From assembly GCF_006345805.1 (NCBI RefSeq), contig NC_043008.1, forward strand, positions 54,064,001 through 54,128,000: a DNA stretch of 64,000 nt, in the 5' to 3' direction. Under the pieces are notes generated by a model. It was not told the origin of the DNA and made no database searches. It worked only from the letters and a program-made list of their open reading frames with translations. Source of the stretch: Octopus sinensis. Its lineage: Eukaryota. The first letter of the stretch is position 1. Every line of letters starts with the position of its first letter. The position numbers were made by a program, and so were the translations under genes. Of the stretch, positions 40,359-52,320 are shown piece by piece.

Positions 40359-41450
40359 TAATAATAAAAATCATTATTATACCTGCATTTGTTTTAATGT
40401 TAACATTGGAAAAATCCACATTTTTCATTAAATTTTGTTGCTGGGCCACTGGTTACATAGTTACAGAAGACAAGCTATGCATTGGAATTCTAATGGCCAG
40501 TTTTGTCACATGCACAGCGTCACGCTAATTCTGTCTCTGGCTTACATTGATGGCACAGACTTATGTTTGTAGAAAACTCAGCCAAAACGAATTATAGATC
40601 TGATTTCGTGAAGCGGCGTCTATCAAACCCCGTGACATACCATGCTGATTCTGCTTAAATATTATGCTGAGAGCACAACTGTCAGTGAGTTAGACTGGAT
40701 AATACAAAGGGTAAACATTTCGGTTAATCGAATTCTTGAAATAATCGATACGTTTACTTAAATTACTTTAATAGTGTATTAATTTGATACCAAACCTACA
40801 GCACTATAGACAGCCTAGAAACAAATATATTGGTGGTGGGGAATGAAACAAAACAAATCAACAATAATTATGTAATAAAATAGATAATACTCTGGTATTA
40901 ATCATTCTAAAACCGTTGAAAATTACATTCACACAAACTATTTGTTGATCGAGTTACCGATATAATCACTACATAGATAAAAATGATGGCCAAATCCTAT
41001 CGTCTTGAAATTGAATAAAGCAGTCTTAGATACACTGTATCTAAAAAGAAACAAACAGATTGGTCACGATTGAACTCCTTTATATTACAGGTCAACTTAA
41101 TCATGACTGGCCTGGGACTAAGCAGTAAACAGTCACTGCAGTAAATTTTCTGGCGCCACTGGTGAGCTATACAAGCGTGTGACACCTATTTACAAATATT
41201 TTGATTGTGCAGTTGAGACTATCTTGGCAAAGCCGATGAAGAGAGTTTTAAATCAGTGTTCTTGGAGTATTCTATTTATTTTATAATTAGTTGCTCGCGG
41301 GTGCTCTCTTGTCATGGTCCTTCTGTCTACTTCAGTATCCTATCATCTGTGAGAATTCTACATTGTATGCTTTGGTGGAGAGAAAGAGAGAGAAAGAGAG
41401 AGCGAGAGAAACAGACACACAGACAGGGAGATAGACAGATACACATATAT

Positions 41451-41524
<74 letters not shown>

Positions 41525-41959
41525 TATAGATAGATAGATAGACAGACAGATAGATAGATAAGTGAACAGTGTTTGTGAAATTTTGTTTTACTTTCCGTCA
41601 TCACACTAAACTAGTTTGGCTTTTCAAACCTGATATATAGTTGTTTTGTCTTTATGTTTATTTGCTTGTTTGTTTGTTTTTTGTGGGCGGTGAAGAGGAT
41701 ACTAACGAACTTGAAGTAATATATTTGCCAAGAAAGGGATGATTTTAAGGTAAATTCAATATAGTAAACTACGATTTTTAGAGCCTTAGCTGTGAAACGC
41801 AAACAAATGTAAATGCATCTGGTTTTGTTCTGTTTTTATTCTTTTTGCGCAAAGAAAAATAAAAGAATCATTCTGTGTACGAAGAGAATAACAATATGCA
41901 TTTACGTCTGTTTACGTTTCACAGTGAAGCCTCTAAGAGCAGTAAATCTTTTTACTTGC

Positions 41960-42108
41960 GTCAGTCACTGGACATCGGCCTTGATGGAGGACCGCCCTGA
42001 AGGGTTTTAGTCGAACGAATCGACCCCCAGTGCCTATTAGTTTAAGCCTCATTCTTTACTGAGCCACTAAGCTGCGGATTTAAACAAACCAACACGCACA
42101 CACATACA

Positions 42109-42187
<79 letters not shown>

Positions 42188-42650
42188 GAGACTCCCTTCG
42201 GACACGACAGAGACCATGGGATTGCACCTAGAAAGTTACCCTCCCAGGCACAAGTCCGGGAAAGGCTGTTTATGGAAGACCAGCCTCCCCTCTCCACGCC
42301 ACCAGTGTTATCGAAGGGAAAGGCAAAGGGGCCGATACAGCTTGGCACCTGTGACGTCGCAACTCATTTCTACTGCTGAGTGAACTGGAACAACGTGAAA
42401 TAAAGTGTCTTACTCAAGAATACAACACGCAGCCCGGTCCGGGATTCGAACTCACAACCTCACGATCGTAAGCTCGATGCTCGAACCACTGAGCCATGCG
42501 CCTTCACGTATCTTTCAGTTTCCCTCAACCAAATTCTCTCACAAGGCTTTATGGCCCCCAAGGCTATAGTAGAAGATTCTTACCCAAGGTGCCCCATGCA
42601 ACAGGATTGAACCCAGAACCATATGGTTGGGAAGTAAACTTCACACCACA
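41960..42650 (-). mobile_element. old SINE family C interrupted by a head-B SINE
   Basis: C tail at 41960-42100, (TA)n, nested SINE, then C head at 42507-42650 (caaggctatagtagaaga..ggattgaacccagaaccatatggttggg). Confidence 0.75.
42186..42506 (-). mobile_element. tRNA-SINE head-B with tail 4, full length
   Basis: Reverse complement tgaaggcgcatggctcagtggttcgagc...gagttcgaatcccgg. Confidence 0.93.
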
Positions 42651-42693
42651 CGTCCGAGTTTAACTACATTATGTTTATCATAAATTATATAGT

Positions 42694-42740
42694 TTAGCAG
42701 CAGCAGTAGTAGCAGCAGTAGCAGTAGCAGTAGCAGTAGC

Positions 42741-42790
<50 letters not shown>

Positions 42791-42847
42791 CGGTGGTTGT
42801 AGTAGTAGTAATAGTAGTAGTAGTAGTAGCAGCAGCAGCAGCAGCAA

Positions 42848-42933
<86 letters not shown>

Positions 42934-43008
42934 TAGTAGTAGTGGTGGTGGTGGTGGTTGTAGTAGTAGTAATAGTAGTAGTAGTAGTAGCAGCAGCAGC
43001 AGCAGCAA

Positions 43009-43061
<53 letters not shown>

Positions 43062-43083
43062 AGTAGTAGTAGTAGTAGTAGTA

Positions 43084-43113
<30 letters not shown>
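42694..43113. repeat. (TAG)n/(CAG)n array with a duplicated variant block
   Basis: Direct reading. Confidence 0.95.
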
Positions 43114-43115
<2 letters not shown>

Positions 43116-43723
43116 TCGCCGCTATAGTACAACTACTGCTGATAGTACTAATGCTGTTCCTGCTTTTGTTACGACCGCCACCACCGCCTCAACTACCTCT
43201 TCGTCTAAATACGGTGGTGGCGGCGGCGGCGGTGGTGGTGGTGGGGAGTGGTTGTGGTCGTGGTGGTGGTGGTCGTCGTCGTCGTTGTGGTGGCGTTGGC
43301 GGCGACAGTGGTGGCAACGATGGTGGTGGCGACGATGGTAGTGGTGGCGGCGGTGATGGCGTTATAACCTAGTCTAACCAATAATGAGCAAATGGTTATT
43401 CCCCATTAATTATAAACTCAATAGTTATCTCCCTTACATTTCACAATTTAATTTAACAGAAACCAACTTAAAATTAAATTTTTTTTACTTGGGTGCGGCA
43501 AAAAACACATTCTACGCCTTACAAATTGACAAACGTTACGAAATCAAACGTATGGTGTGTATCGATTTCAACTACGATAGCAATAGAATTTTTAACTTCC
43601 GAAAGATTAGCTGCATTTGCTTAACTTTGCTAGTGCCACACCAGTAGACGTGTAAAATATGCGAGGATTTTTTTTTTGCAGCAAGTGCTTTACATGACTG
43701 CAGATTCGATAAGCTAATTAGAA

Positions 43724-44175
43724 GTAGTGGAGTCACGTAGTGGAGTCACGTAGTGGAGTCAGGTAGTGGAGTCGCGTAGTGGAGTCGCGTAGTGGAGTCA
43801 CGTAGTGGAGTCGCGTAGTGGAGTCGCGTAGTGGAGTCAGGTAGTGGAGTCACGTAGTGGAGTCAGGTAGTGGAGTCACGTAGTGGAGTCAGGTAGTGGA
43901 GTCACGTAGTGGAGTCGCGTAGTGGAGTCGCGTAGTGGAGTCAGGTAGTGGAGTCACGTAGTGGAGTCACGTAGTGGAGTCACGTAGTGGAGTCGCGTAG
44001 TGGAGTCGCGAGGGGAGTCAGGTAGTGGAGTCACGTAGTGGAGTCACGTAGTGGAGTCACGTAGTGGAGTCAGGTAGTGGAGTCGCGTAGTGGAGTCGCG
44101 TAGTGGAGTCGCGTAGTGGAGTCACGTAGTGGAGTCACGTAGTGGAGTAGCAGGAGAGTCACGTAGTGGTGCTGT
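43724..44175. repeat. 13-bp minisatellite GTAGTGGAGTC(AC/GC/AG), about 32 units
   Basis: Direct reading; decays at the 3' end. Confidence 0.97.
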
Positions 44176-44765
44176 AGTAGAGTCACGTACTGGAGACGAT
44201 ATGATTGACTATAACTCTGCCAGGACCGCCGCGCCACCGTCGCTGCCACAACCGCTAACACCGCCCCGCCGCCGTTGCCATCGCCACTTCCACCGCCGCC
44301 GTGGTCGCCGCCGCCGCTGTCGCCTCCGACACCATCACCGCCATCACCACCACAACCACTAAAACCACCACCAGCAGCACCACCATCACCTCTACCACAA
44401 CCACCACCACAAGCATCGTCACCGCTACCACAATCACATCGCTACCACATCCATCACCACCACCACCACTACTACTACTACTACTATGTTAATGCCACAA
44501 GATCCAGCTACCAATATTATTAACAAGATCGTTCGAGCAGTCAAGAGCAAATTGCGGCCCGCGGGACTTTCTGAAGGGCATGCCATCGAAAATTTACCTT
44601 GCGTTTTTCTACTAATCCATCCTGACTAATGATGAACTAATGATGCCTCATGCGGTCCGCTTCTCGAAAATTGTTACCCATACCTGAGCTTGAACTTCGG
44701 ATCAAACGCTTTGTGGTGTTTGTTCCCGCTAGTTCAACACACGACAGATAGACACACACACACAC

Positions 44766-44809
<44 letters not shown>

Positions 44810-45510
44810 ACACGTGGGTTGCTTCAGGACAGGAAAATAATACATTTCAAAGGTACATCCCTTTTCTTATTTTTATTCTTTTCTTGTAGAGTTGGGGTCA
44901 CTTCGAATTGTGAAGGGCCCTTGATATTATAGCAAACTGTCCCTCAAATGTTCCTTCGTAGACTAGAAACGTCTGTTGTCTACCATAATTTTTTTTTTTT
45001 TTTTGTTTAGAGGTGCCTAGTGACTCTCGTCCAATAAAGATACTAACTGGATCGTTATCCTCCAGTTGTAGAGGTAAACGTATTTTCCTTCTTACGCGCT
45101 TTCTCCATGGCTTCTTTGCTTTCTTTTATTGCTTTATTCTTATATTCAGACCGTCCTTGACCTTTCCATCCTTCTCCAGTTTCCAGGCTTCCATCCCTGC
45201 CCCCATCGTTATAACCTGATTTCTTGATCCGTGATTTCTCGAACTTAGACTTCTGCTTCATCGTAACCAATCCCTTCGGCGTATTCAAAGCCAGTTTCCG
45301 TGCGACGCTGCGACCCTCAATTTCTGCAGCTTGTTGTTGCTACTCTTCCAGTTCCCTTCTTTATATTTTGACCTTCTCTTGAAACAATTTCGTCAAACGG
45401 CCCTTGTTGCCACACCTTTCATAGCACGGTCCCCTTGACTTGCATCACAAATCTCACGACCTGTTTCTTCACCCACACCGATCTGCTAACTTGAATGGGG
45501 GATATATATG

Positions 45511-45836
45511 CTGAGACCCCCTTCGGTCATGACTTACCATGACATTGCACCTAGAAAGTTACCCTCCCTGGCACAAGTCCGGGCAAGGTTGTTTATGGAA
45601 GACCAGCAGTTGCCCATGCATACCGGCCTCCCCTCTCCACGCCACCGATGTTATCCAAGGGAAAGGCAAAGGGGCCGATACAGCTTGGCACCCTTGACAT
45701 CGCAACTCATTTCTACAGCTGAGTGAACTGGAGCCAGCGTGAAATAAAGTGTCTTGCTCAAGAACACAACACGCAGCACGGTCCGGGAATCGAGCTTACG
45801 ACTTCACGATCAATACTCTAACCACATGCGCCTTTA
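45511..45836 (-). mobile_element. tRNA-SINE head-B with tail 4
   Basis: Matches 42186-42506. Confidence 0.9.
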
Positions 45837-45879
45837 CGCGGGATGTGTGTGTGTGTGTGTGTGTGTGAAGGAGGAGGTG

Positions 45880-46218
45880 GATGACGATGATGATGATGAT
45901 GATGATAATGATGATGATGATGTTAATGATGATGATGATGTTGATGGTGATGGTGATGATGATGGTGATGGTGATGGTGATGGTGACGGTGATGATGATG
46001 ATGATGATGATGATGATGTTAATGATGATGATGATGATGGTGATGGTGATGGTGATGATGTTGGTGATGGTGATGGTGACGGTGATGGTGATGGGGATGG
46101 GGATGAAGAAGAAGAAGAAGAAGAAGAAGAAGAAGAAGAAGAAGAAGAAGAAGAAGAAGAAGAAGAAGAAGAAGAAGAAGAAGAAGAGAAGAAGAAGAGA
46201 AGAAGAAGAAGAAGAAGA
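45880..46218. repeat. (GAT/GGT)n followed by (GAA)n
   Basis: Direct reading; source of the poly-D/E pseudo-ORF. Confidence 0.95.
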
Positions 46219-46404
46219 TAGTCAACAACCAGAGTAAGGACAGGTACAGAACCACATCATCAACTACAACGTGCACACAGATTATCAGCCAAATCTCATT
46301 CAAATCGGATCTAACCGTCTTGCAAACAGTAAGCACGCAATGAATAAATATTGTCCTAAATCTAATTTGGCTTACTTAAAAGATGTGATCGTTATATTTG
46401 TCCC

Positions 46405-46815
46405 TCCTTGAACCCATGCCTCCAGAAAGACATTCAGCACCTGGAACGGGTTCAGCACTTAGCTACCCGAATGGTCGCGAGCTTGTCTAAGCTTACGTAT
46501 AAGGTACATCTCCAACGGCTGGCATTTAGTTTCACTCGAACGACGGAGGATGCGGGGAGATCTCATCCTGGCTTTCAGCATCTTTAACGGGAATGTAAAC
46601 CTACCATTTGCGGAGTTTATCAACCCTGCGCCGGATCGAGGTCTTGTGGGCATGATTGCAAAGTCTATGTCCGACACTTTCGACTCAACAGGCGGAAGGC
46701 CGCATTCTCCGTCCGTATCGCAAACCCATGGAACAAGCTACCACAGGATGTTATTCAACTGCCCACCACTCCCCTGTCCAAAGAGGCTCTGGACAACTGT
46801 GGCCACTATGTATAA
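46405..46815 (+). mobile_element. CR1-clade LINE 3' fragment
   Basis: PCLQKDIQHLERVQHLATRMV...ERRRMRGDLILAFSIFNG...RRKAAFSVRIANPWNKLPQDV. Confidence 0.88.
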
Positions 46816-47644
46816 AACTGTATATAACAATAACTGTTTTTGCTTTGTGAGGAGGGGTTTAAATGGCTTAAGCACATTGTACTCTTCTCCTGCCAATAAA
46901 CTTGATTTGATTAAATTAAACGAGGGTGTTCCATTAGAACAAACCAGCTACCTTGATAGAAGCACGCATATTGACATTTTGGGGCAAAAATGAACTCTTC
47001 ATATTGCTGGCGGGGAGATGAACCCCGCCACATCGCGTGATTTCGACCTTGCGTGGTCTTGTCAATGATGGACACTCGACCGCTAGAAGCTTGCGACATA
47101 AACAAGGGTGCATTTTGCACCAAAAAGCCAATATGAGAGTTTCTCTCGTGGTAACTACCGCAGTATAGCTTGTTTTAATACAACACCCACCTTTAAGTGG
47201 GATTAAATATCACCGCTCGGCATTAATACTACCTATGTCGCTAATATATATATATATTTAACAAGCTAGATGAGATGGTTATGCCCGGAACGCTTTAGAT
47301 CAAATGTCTGCTGAATTAGTATTGATCGAGAACTAAAAATCAACATATTGAAATATATGTCAATGAGAGAGCCGCTGCATAGTTCATTTCATTCGGCCAG
47401 GTAGATATAGTAACCAAACCTCCCTCAAATCGAAAGTTGATGTTATGATAAAAAAAAAGTGTAATATATTGTGTAGCCTTCGGATAATGCTTAAAATACA
47501 AAATTATGGGTTCTTCGCTGCTGGACTACTTCAGATCACAGGTCTGCTTATCAGAGTTGATTTAAGTTAAAGTCAATCCTGAGCAGGGCTATAGAACAAC
47601 ATGTAGCTCTGATGGATGGTCGTTGAATCCTTGCTGAATTCATC

Positions 47645-47840
47645 CACCCTTGTATACTTGGAATAAGATACCAGACGAGATGGTGAAGATGTCGACGACC
47701 GCTCGGTTCAAAGTCTCCCTTGACCTCAAGTGGCCTGAACTCTTTACATGAACACCACCCTGTACATAACTCCATGTCCCCCTACATGGCCTTGCTTTTA
47801 GCTTTTTGAGCCAAAAAATTAACTAACTAACTAACTAATT
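47645..47840 (+). mobile_element. CR1-like LINE 3' tip with (TAAC)n tail
   Basis: WNKIPDEMVKMSTTARFKVSLDLKWP, then aactaactaactaact. Confidence 0.7.
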
Positions 47841-48094
47841 AACTTGATTAGGGTATGACCGACGAGTGAAACAATAATCATATTCAACAGCACAGGCATA
47901 GTTAGTTTAACTCCCTCGCCTCTTCCTTGGAGTCCATTTTGTGGTATTCTATCCAATCATTCCAGCCGAATCACTACTCTGAATATATTCCCTTATTCGC
48001 GCCGGTCTTAGTTAATCTGGAAAAGATCGTAAGATTATAGGTGCTGCTGTTCTTGTTCTGTTTAATCTAAAAATAGAAACACAAGCAGAATTCA

Positions 48095-49230
48095 TAGGCG
48101 TAGCTGTGTGGTAAGAAGTTTGTTCCGAACCACACGTTTCCGGGTTCAGTCACGCTGTGTGATACGTTGGGCAAGTGTCTTCTACGATATCTCCTGACAG
48201 ACCAGGCCTTGTGAGTGGATTTGGTACACGAAAAATGAAAAGCTCCTCGTGAGTGTGTGTGTGCTTGTGTGTGCGTGTGTGTGTGTGTGTTTGCGTGTGT
48301 GTGTGCAAGTATATATATATATACTCTTTTACTTTTTACTCTTTTACTTGTTTCAGTCATTTGACTGCGGCCATGCTGGAGCACCGCCTTTAGTCGAGCA
48401 AATCGACCCCGGTCTCTTTTGCCGAACCGCTAAGTAACGGGGACGTAAACACACCAGCATCGGTTGTCAAGCAATGCTAGAGGGACAAACACAGACACAC
48501 AAACATATACACACACATATATATACATATACATGTATACGACAGGCTTCTTTCAGTTTCCGTCTACCAAATCCACTCACACGGCATTGGTCGGCCCGGG
48601 GCTATAGCAGAAGACACTTGCCCAAGGTGCCACGCAGTGGGATTGAACCCGGAACCATGTGGTTGGTAAGCAAGCTACTTACCACACAGCCACTCCTATA
48701 TATATATATATTTAAATAATGAGGGAGATAAATTAATATTAATTTAATTAATATCAATTTAAAACCAGTAGCCTAGCATACAAAAATCTGAAAAATCAGA
48801 GAAAATTCTAATACATGTGTATATTTAAAGGGCAAAAACCACCGCCGGTCTGTGAGTAATTCTTGTTTTTTATATAATTTTCATCTGTCTTGCCCGCATA
48901 TTGTTCTGGTCTCCGCTGAATTTTCCTCTAGAGAACATTCTTTTCTTTGTAGTTTGATCGTAGGTGATCTACTTCTAGCATACGGCTGACCACCTAGTGG
49001 TTTTTGCACTTTAAATATATATATATATGTGTGTGTGTATGTGTGTGTGTATCTTTGTGTTTGTGCTTCTCCCCTCAACGCCACTTGGTTCGTTTATGTT
49101 ACTGTGACTTAGAGGTTCAACAAAGAGACCAATAGAATAAGTACCATTTTTAAAAAAATGAAATAAATTATGGAGGTTGATTCGTTCGACTGCATGGCTG
49201 CAGTACAATGACTAAAATACGTAAAAGGAA
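48095..49230 (+). mobile_element. old SINE family C split by later insertions
   Basis: Head at 48095-48245, tail at ~49040-49230; the inserts lie between them. Confidence 0.7.
48324..48697 (-). mobile_element. young SINE family C, full length
   Basis: Close to the copy at 62203-62607. Confidence 0.93.
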
Positions 49231-49724
49231 AACATAAAAGGCAGGATAAATGCACAAGGGAGTTAACCATCGGTAAGTTGTCACGTGCCTAATCAAAATA
49301 AATCGTCGTAAGCGGGAACGGAATAGCTTATAACGACAGTCGTGAGAAAGACAAGCCATGAGATGTTGAACTTACTTCGATTCACGTTAGACTATGCTGG
49401 TCTATTGATGATGTGGATCAATCTTTTAATCAATCATAAAGTTTCTGCAGCGAATTTTTAATTTAGTTTTAAAGATATAGCTTTATTCTCCATGCCAACA
49501 GCAGACATGCCTAATGATAAATTACTTTTTTCATCAAGCACACACATACACACACACACACATACATACGCACACATACATATACACACAAATATATATG
49601 TATATATAATAGAAATTATATATACACATGTATGTATATATCTATATGTATGTATACATATACATATATGTATGTATATATTCACATACATATATATATA
49701 TATGCATATGTGTATATATGTATA

Positions 49725-49788
<64 letters not shown>

Positions 49789-49808
49789 TATATATATATA
49801 TATGTATA

Positions 49809-49853
<45 letters not shown>

Positions 49854-49948
49854 CATATATATATGTATATACATACATATATATATATATATATTATATA
49901 TATATATATATACATACATATATATATGTATATACATACATATATATA

Positions 49949-50001
<53 letters not shown>

Positions 50002-50515
50002 TATGTATATGTGTGTATGTATATGTGTATAGTTTCTTTACATCCATAAAAGAAACTAGTTGCTTCATTGTTCTTTTGAAAGTATACTGTAATTAAAATG
50101 GAATGTTGCTTTGATATTTTCTGATTGTAATTAATTCAATAGCTGATTAATTCTATTTATATTACTAATTACTTTAAGTACTTAGAGAAGTTTCATTCTA
50201 CATTATCGATAAACTAGTGTTTTAAAATCTTGTTCAATACAATTAAGAAAAAGGAAATGAGAAACAGTGGTCTTCATAAAATCCCCCATGGGCGTTACCA
50301 TTGTAAGCGTAAAGGAAACGCTGGCAGAAGCTTCAGGCGATCGCCAGATCAGGCTAGAAACAGCAGCCAAATCATTTTCATATTATGCCCTGCCATCCTA
50401 AAAGAAATAGTGGGGGAGGGGAAACGTAGACCTTAGATAATGTACATATAACATATTAGGTCTTGCTCTTTGGTGATTGTTCATGATCGTAAGTGTACAA
50501 TGGATGATCAGTGGG

Positions 50516-50897
50516 TGAAAGCACTCCGTCAGTTACGACGACGAGGGTTCCAGTTGATCCGAATCAACGGAACAGCCTCCTCGTGAAATTAACGTGTAAG
50601 TGGCTGAGCACTCCACAGACACGTGTACCCTTAACGTAGTTCTCGGGGATATTCAGCGTGACACAGAAAGTGACAAGGCCGGCCCTTTGAAATACAGGTA
50701 CAACAGAAACAGGAAGTAAGAGTGAGAGAAAGTTGTGGTGAAAGAGTACAGCAGGGATCACCACCATCCCCTGTCGGAGCCTCGTGGAGCTTTAGGTGTT
50801 TTCGCTCAATAAACACTCACAACGCCCGGTCTGGGAATCGAAACCACGATCCTATGACCGCGAGTCCGCTGCCCTAACCACTGGGCCATTGCGCCTC
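50516..50897 (-). mobile_element. young SINE family A with tail 1
   Basis: Near-identical to 51275-51655; possible TSD gatgatcagt; sits in a ~21-bp gtcgtaagtgtacattggat repeat. Confidence 0.95.
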
Positions 50898-51274
50898 AAC
50901 AGATGATCAGTAGTGTACATTTGAAGGTCGTAAGTGTACATTGGATGGTCGTAAGTGTATATTGGATAGCCGTAAGCATACATCTTTATACCACGCATAT
51001 GCAGCCTTCTTTGAGAAGTGAAATGTATGAGACGTGTTTCATCATCAAGTGGGCAACACTCTTAAGAAAATTGAAGATTAATTTTTCGTTGGTAAGCCAT
51101 TCAGAAAAATCCGCAGTACGCAGTTTGTCCGAGACTGATTTACTATAACAGTGAATCCTGATATAATTTGAACCTCCCATATATTCGTCCACGTAATTTT
51201 CCTTGACCAATGAGAATCGGTCTAATTAGTGGGCTGTGGACATAGCTTCACTTACTATTTATTTCCTGAGAAGT

Positions 51275-51655
51275 GGAGGCGCAATGGCCCAGTGGTTAGG
51301 GCAGCGGACTCGCGGTCATAGGTTCGCGGTTTCGATTCCCAGCCGGGCATTGTGAGTGTTTATTGAGCGAAAACACCTAAAGCTCCACGAGGCTCCGGCA
51401 GGGGATGATGGTGATCCCTGCTGTACTCTTTCACCACAACTTTCTCTCACTCTTACTTCCTGTTTCTGTTGTACCTGTATTTCAAAGGGCCGGCCTTGTC
51501 ACTCTCTGTGTCACGCTGAATATCCCCGAGAACTACGTTAAGGGTACACGTGTCTGTGGAGTGCTCAGCCACTTACACGTTAATTTCACGAGGAGGCTGT
51601 TCCGTTGATTCGGATCAACCGGAACCCTCGTCGTCGTAACCGACGGAGTGCTTCC
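51275..51655 (+). mobile_element. young SINE family A with tail 1
   Basis: ggaggcgcaatggcccagtggttagggcagcggactcgcgg; TSD cctgagaagt at 51265-51274 and 51660-51669. Confidence 0.95.
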
Positions 51656-51957
51656 ATTACCTGAGAAGTCGCGCGTTGAAGTTATGTGTGTTAAACTCCG
51701 AGTAACGATGAAGTGAATAGCTGAATGATTCCCAATATGCGTACACACATACACATACACACGCTCATACACATACAAACACACACAGAGAGGCATACAC
51801 ACATATAAACATAGAGTGAGAGTTAGACAAACGTATGTATAATCATATACGCACAAATTATGTATGTATGCATATGTGTGCATTCACACACACATACATA
51901 CATACATACATACATACATACATACATACATACATACATACATACATACATACATAC

Positions 51958-52037
<80 letters not shown>

Positions 52038-52320
52038 TCAAGTCAGATCAAAATATCTGCTCTCGGTTGTCAGGTAACTTGGTACTGTCTATTTCAAAGA
52101 CAGGCCGTTAGAAGGCGAATCTGCAATACCATTCGAGGGTTCGATCCCGGTGTGTCGAGGATGTTTGTTTACTGTTCATCAGAGCGGTGTACCCAGCGGG
52201 GAATCAACGACCATCCATCATCAGGCTTGCAAATTAAGTGGAGGGCCGATTAAGGCTTTTCTATGTAATATTGTTGGTTCTCTTAATATCTTCTGGTGTT
52301 GGTTATCACTCTCAGTCGCA

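Noticed and set aside
41091-41161. Acceptor/donor-bounded 71-bp segment
   Set aside because: Stops in all three frames; at most a non-coding exon, with no support here.
43724-44175. CRISPR-like array
   Set aside because: Head-to-tail units with no unique spacers, no cas genes, and a eukaryotic context.
45013-45490. K/E-rich minus-strand ORF, possibly an RTE linker; similar case at 7023-7311
   Set aside because: Resemblance is too weak to call without a profile search.
45754-46221. Poly-D/E acidic ORF
   Set aside because: (GAT/GGT)n and (GAA)n repeats preceded by SINE sequence.
51275-51345. tRNA gene
   Set aside because: The tRNA-like head runs into a SINE body with a TSD; the same applies to all other heads. 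No genuine tRNA was found.
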